Source: an uncultured Lactobacillus sp.
Lineage (GTDB): Bacteria; Bacillota; Bacilli; Lactobacillales; Lactobacillaceae
Direction of reading: 5' to 3'
Assembly: GCA_930989465.1 (NCBI GenBank)
Contig: CAKNLX010000001.1
Location: 5,858 to 69,857, forward strand
DNA length: 64,000 bases
Below are positions 44,041 through 52,436 of this stretch, in pieces (the stretch's first letter is position 1; the number at the start of each line of letters is the position of its first letter). The position numbers and the translations under genes were made by a program. The notes under the pieces were generated by a model. That model made no database searches. It saw only the letters and a list, made by a program, of their open reading frames with translations, and was not told where the DNA came from.

Positions 44041-44685
44041 ATGAGTTCATATTATCAATTAGTTTGGCGAGAAAATGAGTTAGAGTCTTATCCTACAGAT
44101 AAGCTAAACTTTATTTTCAATATTATTAATCGTCCCTTCCCCGTTAGTTACAGACAGCTATATCCTAGTAGAATCGAATGGCAAAAAGCTGTTAAAAAAC
44201 ACGAAGATTTAATTAAAAGAGTTAAAAATATTATCTTAAAACGTAGCGATGCTCATGATATAAGGCAGGCATGGCTCAAGCACCATCGTGAACAAGCAGA
44301 TACTACTAATGGCTTTACAATTGAACAATTAGCTAACAAATTACCTCACATGGCTAATCAACTTGGTGCATTTATGGAAATTGAAAATATTGAAATAAAA
44401 TATTTTGATGATGACTTTAAACCTAGATACGATCTCTCCGATTTTCAAGATATTACTATAGATAATTACCCAAGTAGCGGCTTCAAGAAAAATGGCATGA
44501 CCAAAGAAGCTTTTCTTAAACTTTATCCTCAAGTTCCAGAAAATAAATTAGATGAAGTTCTAGATATAGCCGATTGTGAATTAGAAAAAGAAGATAATAC
44601 TGTAGTTATTCCATATTGGTACGCTGTCAATGCCAAACGAGTACTTGTAGACGGCGATTCATTTATCGAAACTTTCGATAATTAA
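44041..44685 (+). CDS. hypothetical soluble protein
   Basis: 214-aa ORF with TATAAT, RBS AGAAAGG and terminator; no family recognised. Confidence 0.8.
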   Translation: MSSYYQLVWRENELESYPTDKLNFIFNIINRPFPVSYRQLYPSRIEWQKAVKKHEDLIKRVKNIILKRSDAHDIRQAWLKHHREQADTTNGFTIEQLANKLPHMANQLGAFMEIENIEIKYFDDDFKPRYDLSDFQDITIDNYPSSGFKKNGMTKEAFLKLYPQVPENKLDEVLDIADCELEKEDNTVVIPYWYAVNAKRVLVDGDSFIETFDN

Positions 44686-44721
44686 AAAATGACCTTGATT
44701 TTAGTTAATCAAGGTCATTTT
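44685..44721. terminator. bidirectional terminator
   Basis: AAAAATGACCTTGATT/AATCAAGGTCATTTT. Confidence 0.85.
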
Positions 44722-44722
44722 A

Positions 44723-45589
44723 TTAATCTTCAATTATTTGGACGCCATTATTATCTGGTTTAAGTACTAATGTCTTATCTTTTAATCCGTGTTTTCTCAA
44801 ACCTGATAAAAAGCCTTTAACATGTTCATCTTCAATCCAGGTCATAATCGTTGAACCTGCACCACTTAAATATGTTGCTAAAGCATGCTTTTGATGTGCA
44901 ACCTCACGGACTTGCAAAAGCTCTGGTACAAGCCGTTCACGATACTTTTCATGAAAAACATCATTTTCCATGAGCTCGCCTGCCATTTGATACTCTTGTG
45001 TAAATAAGCTTGCTACCAGAGTATTAGCAATAGCTGAACCATGTGTAGCTGTCTTAAAATCCAGATGTTCAGGCAAAACATTACGTGATTTCTTTGTAGG
45101 CAAATTATATTCCGGCACATAAGCCACCAAAGAGAAATTAGGCAACGGTGCTTTAATAGTATCAAAATGATTGTCAATTTCCGTTCCAATAATTAAACCA
45201 CCTAAAATTGTTGGCGCAATATTATCTGGATGGCCCTCAATTTTTGCTCCAATTTGTACTTTTTCTTTATCTGACAAATTTAACTTACCAAAATGATTAG
45301 CCAATTCAATTCCTGCAGCAATTGCACTAGAGCTGCTTCCTAAGCCATGCGCTAATGGAATATCACTTTTTACTCGTAAATGAAGAGGTTGCAATCCTGG
45401 ATAAACTGTTAAAGCCGTTTTCACAATTAAATTATTTTCATCATGGGGAATATCTGGCATCACATGATCCACCTGAAAATGATCAGAGATGTTTAATACT
45501 TCCACTTCTAAATAAAGCGATACGGCCATACCTAAAGAATCGAAACCCGGTCCTAAATTGGCAGTTGAAGCTGGTGTCTTAATAATCAT
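44723..45589 (-). CDS. thrB: homoserine kinase
   Basis: PASTANLGPGFD, PLAHGLGSSS, EGHPDN, SGAG. Confidence 0.95.
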   Translation of the reverse strand: MIIKTPASTANLGPGFDSLGMAVSLYLEVEVLNISDHFQVDHVMPDIPHDENNLIVKTALTVYPGLQPLHLRVKSDIPLAHGLGSSSSAIAAGIELANHFGKLNLSDKEKVQIGAKIEGHPDNIAPTILGGLIIGTEIDNHFDTIKAPLPNFSLVAYVPEYNLPTKKSRNVLPEHLDFKTATHGSAIANTLVASLFTQEYQMAGELMENDVFHEKYRERLVPELLQVREVAHQKHALATYLSGAGSTIMTWIEDEHVKGFLSGLRKHGLKDKTLVLKPDNNGVQIIED

Positions 45590-45605
45590 TTTTATAACTC
45601 CTCCA

Positions 45606-46835
45606 CTATAAAATCTTATATTTGGCCATTAGTTTTACATTAGCAGCGCTCAATTTCTCTAATTGCAGTTGATTAATAGCCTTAGTTATTACGATAGTTC
45701 TATCCTCTATTTGCTTTAATTCTTGAATCTCTATCCCTAATTCATCAAGAATATTAGTCAAATGAGCAACTTTTTCTTGTTTAAACGATAAATAATATGG
45801 ATTTTTAATATCTTTAGTAATAATCAAAGAATCTTTACTAGAAAATCGGTTGAATAATTGGCCATTAGTTTTATTAACCAGATTTTTAACTTCACTAACA
45901 ATATCATTCATAACCGAATTGGCAGTGGCTAAACTACCTGCTCCCGGTCCGGTTAATAATGCCGTTCCCAAATTTCGACTTTTAATTTGTAAAGCATTAA
46001 TCTCATTTTCTATATTTGCCATTAAGCTATCTGCAAGCAAAAGGCACGGAGCAACTTCTACAAATAATTTATCCGCCACCTTTTTAGCAATGCCAATTAG
46101 CTTAATCGGATATCCCAATTCTTTAGCTTGTTGCAAATCAAAGTCTTGTAAATGGTCTATTCCCTCAACATTGAAATCAGTAATCTTAACATGTGCACCA
46201 AAAGCAAATTGACACAACAAAATCATTTTATATGCAGCATCTTTACCTGTGACATCATTAGTTGGATCTGCTTCCGCAAAACCCAGTTCTTGCGCATGTT
46301 TCAAGGCAGTTTCGTAGCTTAGTCCCTTTTTATTCATTTGCGACAAAATATAATTTGTTGTGCCATTAACAATACCTTGAATTTCTAAAATATGGTCTCC
46401 AACATAAGAATCACTTAATGTTCGTAAAATCGGGATGCCTCCAGCAACACTTGCATCATACATTAAGTCACAACGATTATCTTGGGCCAGTTTAATTAAT
46501 TTCGTTCCAAAAGCAGCCATCAGATCTTTATTAGCGGTTACTACATTCTTACCGGCACGCAATGCCTCACTAATATATTCTTTTGCGGGATGTAATCCAC
46601 CCATCAATTCTGCCACGATTCCAATTTCGGGATCGCTTAAAATATCATTAAAATCAGTAATTATATTAACTGAATGTGCAAATTTTTGATACTTTTCTTT
46701 ATTTCGAACGAGGGCTTTTTTAACAACAATCTTTTGCCCACTTGTCTGTTCAATTTTTCCATTATCACTTTTTATAATGTCTAAAATACCAGAACCTACT
46801 GTTCCTAACCCAAGTAACGCTATTTTTATTGTCAT
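45606..46835 (-). CDS. hom: homoserine dehydrogenase
   Basis: GLGTVG, TANK, NGTTNYIL, AEADPTNDV, GPGAG. Confidence 0.95.
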   Translation of the reverse strand: MTIKIALLGLGTVGSGILDIIKSDNGKIEQTSGQKIVVKKALVRNKEKYQKFAHSVNIITDFNDILSDPEIGIVAELMGGLHPAKEYISEALRAGKNVVTANKDLMAAFGTKLIKLAQDNRCDLMYDASVAGGIPILRTLSDSYVGDHILEIQGIVNGTTNYILSQMNKKGLSYETALKHAQELGFAEADPTNDVTGKDAAYKMILLCQFAFGAHVKITDFNVEGIDHLQDFDLQQAKELGYPIKLIGIAKKVADKLFVEVAPCLLLADSLMANIENEINALQIKSRNLGTALLTGPGAGSLATANSVMNDIVSEVKNLVNKTNGQLFNRFSSKDSLIITKDIKNPYYLSFKQEKVAHLTNILDELGIEIQELKQIEDRTIVITKAINQLQLEKLSAANVKLMAKYKIL

Positions 46836-46877
46836 CTTTATCTATCACTCTTTTTTAATTCTTTTCTTATTTTTATG

Positions 46878-46908
46878 ATTGTAACATATGGTAAAAACAA
46901 GTTACAAT
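46878..46908. promoter_or_regulatory. symmetric overlapping divergent promoters for hom and thrC
   Basis: ATTGTAAC-N15-GTTACAAT reads TTGTAA-18 bp-TACAAT on both strands. Confidence 0.55.
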
Positions 46909-46950
46909 GTTTAATATATTAATTAAGACTTAAGAATAGGAAGATGCTTT

Positions 46951-48441
46951 ATGAAATATCGTAGTACTCGAGGTTCAAAAGAAAATACGTTAAATTCAGC
47001 TGCCGCTATTATTCAAGGCTTAGCGCCAGACGGTGGCTTATATGTTCCAACAGATTTTCCTCATGCAAATTTTAAATTAGAAGATTTGCCAAAATTATCT
47101 TATAAACAAATAGCTGCAATGGTAATTAGTTTGTTTTTTGATGATTATTCCAAAGAACAGATTCAAAGCGCTGTACTTAATGCATACAGTGAACAATGGG
47201 ATGATCGCAGCATTGTTCCGATTGAAAAGCATGATCATAACTTCTACATGGAATTATTCCACGGACCAACTCTTGCCTTTAAAGATATTGCTTTGCAAAT
47301 GTTGCCGCAATTAATGACACGTGCTGTGCAAATCGAAAAAATTGATCGTGACATTATTATCCTGACTGCAACCTCTGGAGACACGGGGACCGCTTCTATG
47401 CGTGGTTTTGCCAATCAACAAGGTACTAACGTTATTGTCTTTTATCCTGAAGGTGGCGTTAGTCCAGTTCAACTTCGTCAGATGCTTAGTCAACACGGAG
47501 ACAACCTCCAAGCAATCGCTATTAAAGGCAATTTTGATGATGCACAAACCGAAGTAAAGAAAATCTTCAATGATGCTAAATTTAAGACTCAGTTGAATAA
47601 AAATGGCTATCAATTCTCTTCAGCCAACTCAATGAATATTGGTCGTCTTGTACCACAAATCTCATACTATCTTTATACATATGGTCAATTAGTACGCAGA
47701 CAAGAAATTAAATTAGGTGATCAGATTAACTTTTCTGTACCTACTGGCAATTTTGGAGATATTTTAGCAGGTTATTATGCTAAAAAACTAGGTTTGCCAA
47801 TTAAGAAACTAATTTGTGCTTCAAATGAAAATAATGTACTGACTGATTTCTTTAAAAATGGCGAATATGACCGTCGTCGCAAATTCCATTTGACCATTGC
47901 ACCTGCAATGGATATCTTAGTTTCCAGCAATCTTGAGAGACTATTATTTGACCTTTACGACGGCGACCATCAACAAATCAATAGTTTAATGAATCAATTA
48001 ACTCAACGCGGCCACTATCACATTAGTGATGACATCCTTTCAAAACTTCAGGACATTTTTGCAGCTGATTTTGCGACGGAAAGACAAGTAGTTAAAGAAA
48101 TTAACCGCATCTACAATTATGATCGCTACGTCATCGATCCCCATACCGCTGTTGGCTCATATGTTGCTCATCAATACCAAGAAAAAACTGGTGATACGAC
48201 TCCAATGGTAATTGTTTCAACCGCAAGTCCATATAAATTTCCAGAAACAGTGTATGAAGCTATCACAGGACGCGTTTGTCCTCAAACAGGTATTGCCGCA
48301 ATTAAAAAGCTCTACGAGGAATTAGGCGGTCAATTATCGATTGGCGTGCGAACATTATTTGATCGTAAACCAAGCTTAGAAAAAGTAATCGAGACACAAA
48401 ATATGGAATTAGTAATTAGTTCAATTTTAGACTTAAAATAA
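46951..48441 (+). CDS. thrC: threonine synthase
   Basis: YRSTRG, ELFHGPTLAFKD, ATSGDTG, PTGNFG. Confidence 0.96.
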   Translation: MKYRSTRGSKENTLNSAAAIIQGLAPDGGLYVPTDFPHANFKLEDLPKLSYKQIAAMVISLFFDDYSKEQIQSAVLNAYSEQWDDRSIVPIEKHDHNFYMELFHGPTLAFKDIALQMLPQLMTRAVQIEKIDRDIIILTATSGDTGTASMRGFANQQGTNVIVFYPEGGVSPVQLRQMLSQHGDNLQAIAIKGNFDDAQTEVKKIFNDAKFKTQLNKNGYQFSSANSMNIGRLVPQISYYLYTYGQLVRRQEIKLGDQINFSVPTGNFGDILAGYYAKKLGLPIKKLICASNENNVLTDFFKNGEYDRRRKFHLTIAPAMDILVSSNLERLLFDLYDGDHQQINSLMNQLTQRGHYHISDDILSKLQDIFAADFATERQVVKEINRIYNYDRYVIDPHTAVGSYVAHQYQEKTGDTTPMVIVSTASPYKFPETVYEAITGRVCPQTGIAAIKKLYEELGGQLSIGVRTLFDRKPSLEKVIETQNMELVISSILDLK

Positions 48442-48455
48442 TTCGAGGGAAAAAT

Positions 48456-49817
48456 ATGAAAGTTGTAAAATTTGGTGGTTCATCGCTTGCTACAGGCAAC
48501 AACGTAGATAAAGCGTTAAAAATCATTAAAGATGATCCAGAACGTAAAGTAATTGTGGTTTCTGCACCTGGTAAAAGAAATGACGATGATATTAAAGTAA
48601 CTGATCTATTAATTACATACGCCTATGCTAGTTTAAGAAGCAACAATTACGATGATATCGCTAATAAAATTTTCAAGCGTTATGGATTAATTGCTCAATA
48701 TTTTAATCTACCTGAAAAAGAACTAAGCGAAATTAAGCGACTGCTATTAACTTTACCTCAACTCGATTATCCGAATGCTGACTATAGAATGGCTGCTTTT
48801 AAAGCACATGGCGAACGCCTAAATGCCATGTTAATTACTAAAATCCTTAACCATCAAGGGATCAAAACTCGTTTTTTAGAACCTAAAGATGTTGGTTTGA
48901 TAGTTACTGGTACTCCTAATAATGCAGAGGTTAATCCTGAGACATATGTAAATTTGAAAAGAATTAAATTAAATAAAGACGAGCGAATTATTTTCCCAGG
49001 TTTTTATGGTATTACTCCGTCAGCACATATTGCCACATTTTCACGGGGAGGTTCTGACATTACTGGTGCCATTCTAGCTCGTGGATTTAATGCAGATTTA
49101 TACGAAAACTTTACTGATGTTGATGCTATTTTCTCCGCAAATCCTAATATCATTGACCATCCTAAGCCTATTAAAAAAATGACCTACCAGGAAATGCGAG
49201 AATTATCATATGCCGGTTTTTCCGTTTTTCATGACGAAGCTTTGATTCCTGCCATTCAAGGAGAAATTCCAGTTAACGTTAAAAATACAAATGCTCCAGA
49301 AAAGCCCGGTACTTTAATTGTACCAGAAGAAGGATTCACAGCTAAAAAGACGATAACCGGCATCGCTGGTGGCAAAAATTTTGCAGCTCTTTATTTAAGA
49401 AAATACATGTTGAATAAAGGCGCTGGTTTTACTCTAAAATTAATGGAAATCTTTAATCGACACCACGTCTCTTACGAACATATGCCCTCTGGGATTGATG
49501 ATTTAACTGTAATTTTTAAGAAGGATGCATTAAATGACCAATTAATTGACGTGATTTGCAATGAAATTCAAACTAGTTTGAATCCAGATCAAATGCAGTG
49601 GATTGATGATTATGCTATTACAATGGTCGTTGGTGAAGGGATGAAAGATAAACTAACCCTTTGTGCCAGTCTTCTTTATCCTCTTGGTAAAAAAGATATT
49701 TCTATTCAAATGATTAACCAAGGTGCATCACAAATTTCAATTATGATTGGCACTAGACGTAAAGATGAAGAAGCAGTTATTAAAACCATTTACGAAAACT
49801 TTATCGCTGAAGATTAG
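48456..49817 (+). CDS. aspartate kinase
   Basis: KFGGSS, VSAPG, FSRGGSD, two ACT domains. Confidence 0.93.
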   Translation: MKVVKFGGSSLATGNNVDKALKIIKDDPERKVIVVSAPGKRNDDDIKVTDLLITYAYASLRSNNYDDIANKIFKRYGLIAQYFNLPEKELSEIKRLLLTLPQLDYPNADYRMAAFKAHGERLNAMLITKILNHQGIKTRFLEPKDVGLIVTGTPNNAEVNPETYVNLKRIKLNKDERIIFPGFYGITPSAHIATFSRGGSDITGAILARGFNADLYENFTDVDAIFSANPNIIDHPKPIKKMTYQEMRELSYAGFSVFHDEALIPAIQGEIPVNVKNTNAPEKPGTLIVPEEGFTAKKTITGIAGGKNFAALYLRKYMLNKGAGFTLKLMEIFNRHHVSYEHMPSGIDDLTVIFKKDALNDQLIDVICNEIQTSLNPDQMQWIDDYAITMVVGEGMKDKLTLCASLLYPLGKKDISIQMINQGASQISIMIGTRRKDEEAVIKTIYENFIAED

Positions 49818-49843
49818 TTTACATAATCATGATTACGTAATTG
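49816..49843 (-). other. dif-like (XerD-arm) site 3
   Basis: Minus strand CAATTACGTAA-TCATGA-TTATGTAAACT; right arm identical to the B. subtilis dif XerD arm. Confidence 0.65.
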
Positions 49844-49859
49844 TATATCAACTTTAAAC

Positions 49860-49970
49860 AAAAAAGCCAATCATTTACTTTTAGTAAATAGATTGACTTC
49901 GGGAATAGCATTAGACTTGACTCTAATACAATTTTACTTGGTAAGTTTAATTTTGCATAGTCCTATTCTT
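49860..49970 (-). ncRNA. candidate structured small RNA
   Basis: -10 TAGAAT (49980-49975), closing stem GAATAG/CTATTC enclosing two hairpins, then terminator AAGTCAATC...GATTGGCTTTTTT; no ORF. Confidence 0.45.
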
Positions 49971-50051
49971 AATCATTCTATTAATTTTTCAATATAAATT
50001 CTTAAGATTTGATTGTTACATTATAGATAACTTATTGAAAGGAAAATAATA

Positions 50052-50171
50052 TTGATTAAATTAATAATTATTGCAGCTACTTTGGCAACTGCAGGGATTA
50101 TGGCTATTAGTTCTACATTAGTTAATAAACCTCTTCCCGTTAAAATAAGAAATCATAATAATCGTAGATAA
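50052..50171 (+). CDS. unannotated 39-aa single-TM peptide
   Basis: RBS GAAAGGA, TTG start, MIKLIIIAATLATAGIMAISSTLVNKPLPVKIRNHNNRR, terminator 3 nt after the stop. Confidence 0.6.
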   Translation: MIKLIIIAATLATAGIMAISSTLVNKPLPVKIRNHNNRR

Positions 50172-50174
50172 TTT

Positions 50175-50211
50175 AAAAGCAAGCTATTTCAATCAAATAA
50201 CTTGCTTTTTT
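50175..50211. terminator. bidirectional terminator
   Basis: AAAAGCAAG...CTTGCTTTTTT. Confidence 0.75.
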
Positions 50212-50212
50212 G

Positions 50213-50869
50213 TTATGGTCTATAAAAAATTTCTCCCTGATCTACTATACAGTCAGGCTTAAGCAAATGTAGTCCCTTACTTTCTACGGAATACTTAGTA
50301 GCTTCAAGATACTTTTTAAAATGCTTGGTCTTTAGATGCTTTTCATATGCTTCTTCAGTCCGGTATACCTCTAGTGAAAACCATTCATTAGGTTGATTCA
50401 TAATAGTACCGGCAATCATAGCCAAAATTCCATCTTCTTTTTCAACCGCAGTTTTCATTTCTTTCATTACCGCATTGGCAAATTCATCACCTTTGCCCAA
50501 TTGTACACCAATTTCGGTTAAATAAACCACGTAATCATTGTCGTGCGTAACAGCTAAATTTTCAGGTTTAGTTGAGATAAATTCAGGATATAATTCAACT
50601 TTAACTTGACTAGTCACAATATCTTTCAGATTATGTTCAAATTGTTGAACCTGACTTGTATCTTCGTGTTGTTGATAAGCAGCATCATCTTGGTAGCTTT
50701 CGATCAAGTAGTTCTTATATTCTTTTTGATCTTCATGACCACTCTGCATAAACAAGGCATGATCGGCATTTAACATATACTCTTCTACTTTTTGAGTATA
50801 ATTTTCATGATTTTTTGGATCTATTTCTAATCTAAATAAATTTAAAACAGGTGCTTTTTCTAATTTCAT
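50213..50869 (-). CDS. tandem ABM (antibiotic biosynthesis monooxygenase / YgiN-like) domain protein
   Basis: Two repeats: ESYQDDAAYQQH and EVYRTEEAYEKHLKTKHF. Confidence 0.8.
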   Translation of the reverse strand: MKLEKAPVLNLFRLEIDPKNHENYTQKVEEYMLNADHALFMQSGHEDQKEYKNYLIESYQDDAAYQQHEDTSQVQQFEHNLKDIVTSQVKVELYPEFISTKPENLAVTHDNDYVVYLTEIGVQLGKGDEFANAVMKEMKTAVEKEDGILAMIAGTIMNQPNEWFSLEVYRTEEAYEKHLKTKHFKKYLEATKYSVESKGLHLLKPDCIVDQGEIFYRP

Positions 50870-50942
50870 TTTTCTTTCCTACCAATTTTAATTTTTATTG
50901 ATATTATATGCTATTTTCACAAAAAAGTGACCACCAAAACTA

Positions 50943-50970
50943 ACTTAACATAATTTATTTAATTTGAAGT
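50943..50970 (-). other. dif-like (XerD-arm) site 4
   Basis: Minus strand ACTTCAAATTA-AATAAA-TTATGTTAAGT; left arm begins ACTTC like the B. subtilis XerC arm. Confidence 0.62.
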
Positions 50971-50981
50971 AAAATACCATT

Positions 50982-51019
50982 AAAAAATGCTTCAAATCTT
51001 TTCGTGATCGAAGCATTTT
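50982..51019 (-). terminator. terminator
   Basis: AAAATGCTTC/GAAGCATTTT with T-tract on minus strand. Confidence 0.65.
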
Positions 51020-51034
51020 CTTATTATTCAAATT

Positions 51035-51571
51035 TTACAAATGATAGTCTACTTTTTTAAACTTATAATTTTTCATTTGTTTAGCTAATTTTTTGCTTCT
51101 GTAGTAATTACCACCATCATATCTGCTTGAATATAGCAAAACATTATGTTTTTTACCATTAATTTTTTGCGGCATTACTCTATAAAGGCTCCAATTTTCA
51201 AAACTAATCCATGGATTAATTTCATAAAATAGATGATTTTTCATCTTAGTCGTTTGGCCCGACATCCAATTTTTAGTTACATGATCAAAATCGGTTTGAT
51301 TTTGGATATTACCATTAAAGTAATCACTAATAATCGATTTATCTTGAGTGTAAATAATTTTTCCATTAACCGTATGTGCAGTAAAAGTAATTTTTCTACC
51401 ATTATGAGCGTTACGGTCATATGAATACCATGTACCTTGCATCTTTTTAGGCACTGTAATAATTGCTCCATTACCATAAGTATTATCAGTGGCATTTACA
51501 TGAGTTGTTAATACACTCAAGCCTAAAGCCAATACCATTGCAGATAAAGGCAATAACTTTCTTGTTAGCAT
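51035..51571 (-). CDS. secreted basic hypothetical protein
   Basis: Signal peptide ending VNA; PKKMQGTWYSY; RBS GGAG. Confidence 0.8.
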   Translation of the reverse strand: MLTRKLLPLSAMVLALGLSVLTTHVNATDNTYGNGAIITVPKKMQGTWYSYDRNAHNGRKITFTAHTVNGKIIYTQDKSIISDYFNGNIQNQTDFDHVTKNWMSGQTTKMKNHLFYEINPWISFENWSLYRVMPQKINGKKHNVLLYSSRYDGGNYYRSKKLAKQMKNYKFKKVDYHL

Positions 51572-51597
51572 AAAAATCATCTCCAGTTGTAAAATTA

Positions 51598-51611
51598 TGG
51601 ATTCGCTTTCA
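51598..51611. promoter_or_regulatory. cre (CcpA) site
   Basis: TGAAAGCGAATCCA on minus strand, in the leader of the secreted-protein gene. Confidence 0.55.
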
Positions 51612-51648
51612 TTATTAATTCTACAGTATTTTGTTACTTAAAGATAGA

Positions 51649-52254
51649 TTAATATAATTTTTGAACTAATGAAATGAAATCTTTAATTTTGGCATCTTCA
51701 TTTGTATAGAAGGCTGCGATTTTTTGCCACATTTGTTGTCCATTAGACAATAAAAATAATTGCTGCAAAGTATCATTACTGATCAAACCAGCAGTCGCTT
51801 CATTCATCAAGAAATATCCTGATCCAGAGGCTACTAATAATGCTGCTTCTTCTACAGAATTTGAAGCAATAAATGGACTTTGAATCTGATAAATATCCTT
51901 AAATAAATGAAGTTCTGCGGCCTCTTCTTCTGGTTTAGCGACAATAAAACAAGTTAAATCGACTAAATCATCTTTATTAATCATCTGGATACCGCTAGGA
52001 TAACTACCCTTTTGTAGAATAGCCATGACAGCTTTTTGACCTAAGATTTGTGAATTAAAATCAACCTGTTCATCCCGCAGATCATTAATTGCTAAATCAA
52101 CATCTTGCTCAGCTAGTTTATCAAAGACTTCATCATGTCCCATACCAATTAGACTAATTTTTATATCAGGATATTTTTGCGTAAACTGGTCTACAACTCG
52201 ATCTAAATCTTTTCTACCAAGCTGGTTAAAATATGCTATTTTTAATGTTTTCAT
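51649..52254 (-). CDS. stand-alone LysR substrate-binding domain protein
   Basis: LKIAY, FTQKYPDIKISL, VDLAI, LVASGSGY; no N-terminal HTH. Confidence 0.75.
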   Translation of the reverse strand: MKTLKIAYFNQLGRKDLDRVVDQFTQKYPDIKISLIGMGHDEVFDKLAEQDVDLAINDLRDEQVDFNSQILGQKAVMAILQKGSYPSGIQMINKDDLVDLTCFIVAKPEEEAAELHLFKDIYQIQSPFIASNSVEEAALLVASGSGYFLMNEATAGLISNDTLQQLFLLSNGQQMWQKIAAFYTNEDAKIKDFISLVQKLY

Positions 52255-52256
52255 AG

Positions 52257-52418
52257 TTAATCTTCATCCAAGGGAGCATGACCTTCGTTAGCTATCTGCT
52301 TTTTATCTTTTCTAATTTGGTACTTATTGAGCATGATCAGCAGCGAAATAACCATATTTATCCCACTAATCACTACGCTTAAAAACTTTAGTAATCTAAC
52401 TTTCTTTTGCTTACTCAT
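52257..52418 (-). CDS. small hypothetical protein (53 aa)
   Basis: Not in ORF track; RBS AGAAGG, MSKQKKVRLLKFLSVVISGDKYGISLLIMLNKYQIRKDKKQIANEGHAPLDED; exactly fills the gap between flanking genes. Confidence 0.65.
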   Translation of the reverse strand: MSKQKKVRLLKFLSVVISGINMVISLLIMLNKYQIRKDKKQIANEGHAPLDED

Positions 52419-52436
52419 TTTTAATGCCTTCTTTCC

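Noticed and set aside
49816-49843. Calling site 3 the chromosomal dif
   Set aside because: XerC arm is poor, several similar sites exist, and gene orientation does not clearly switch here.
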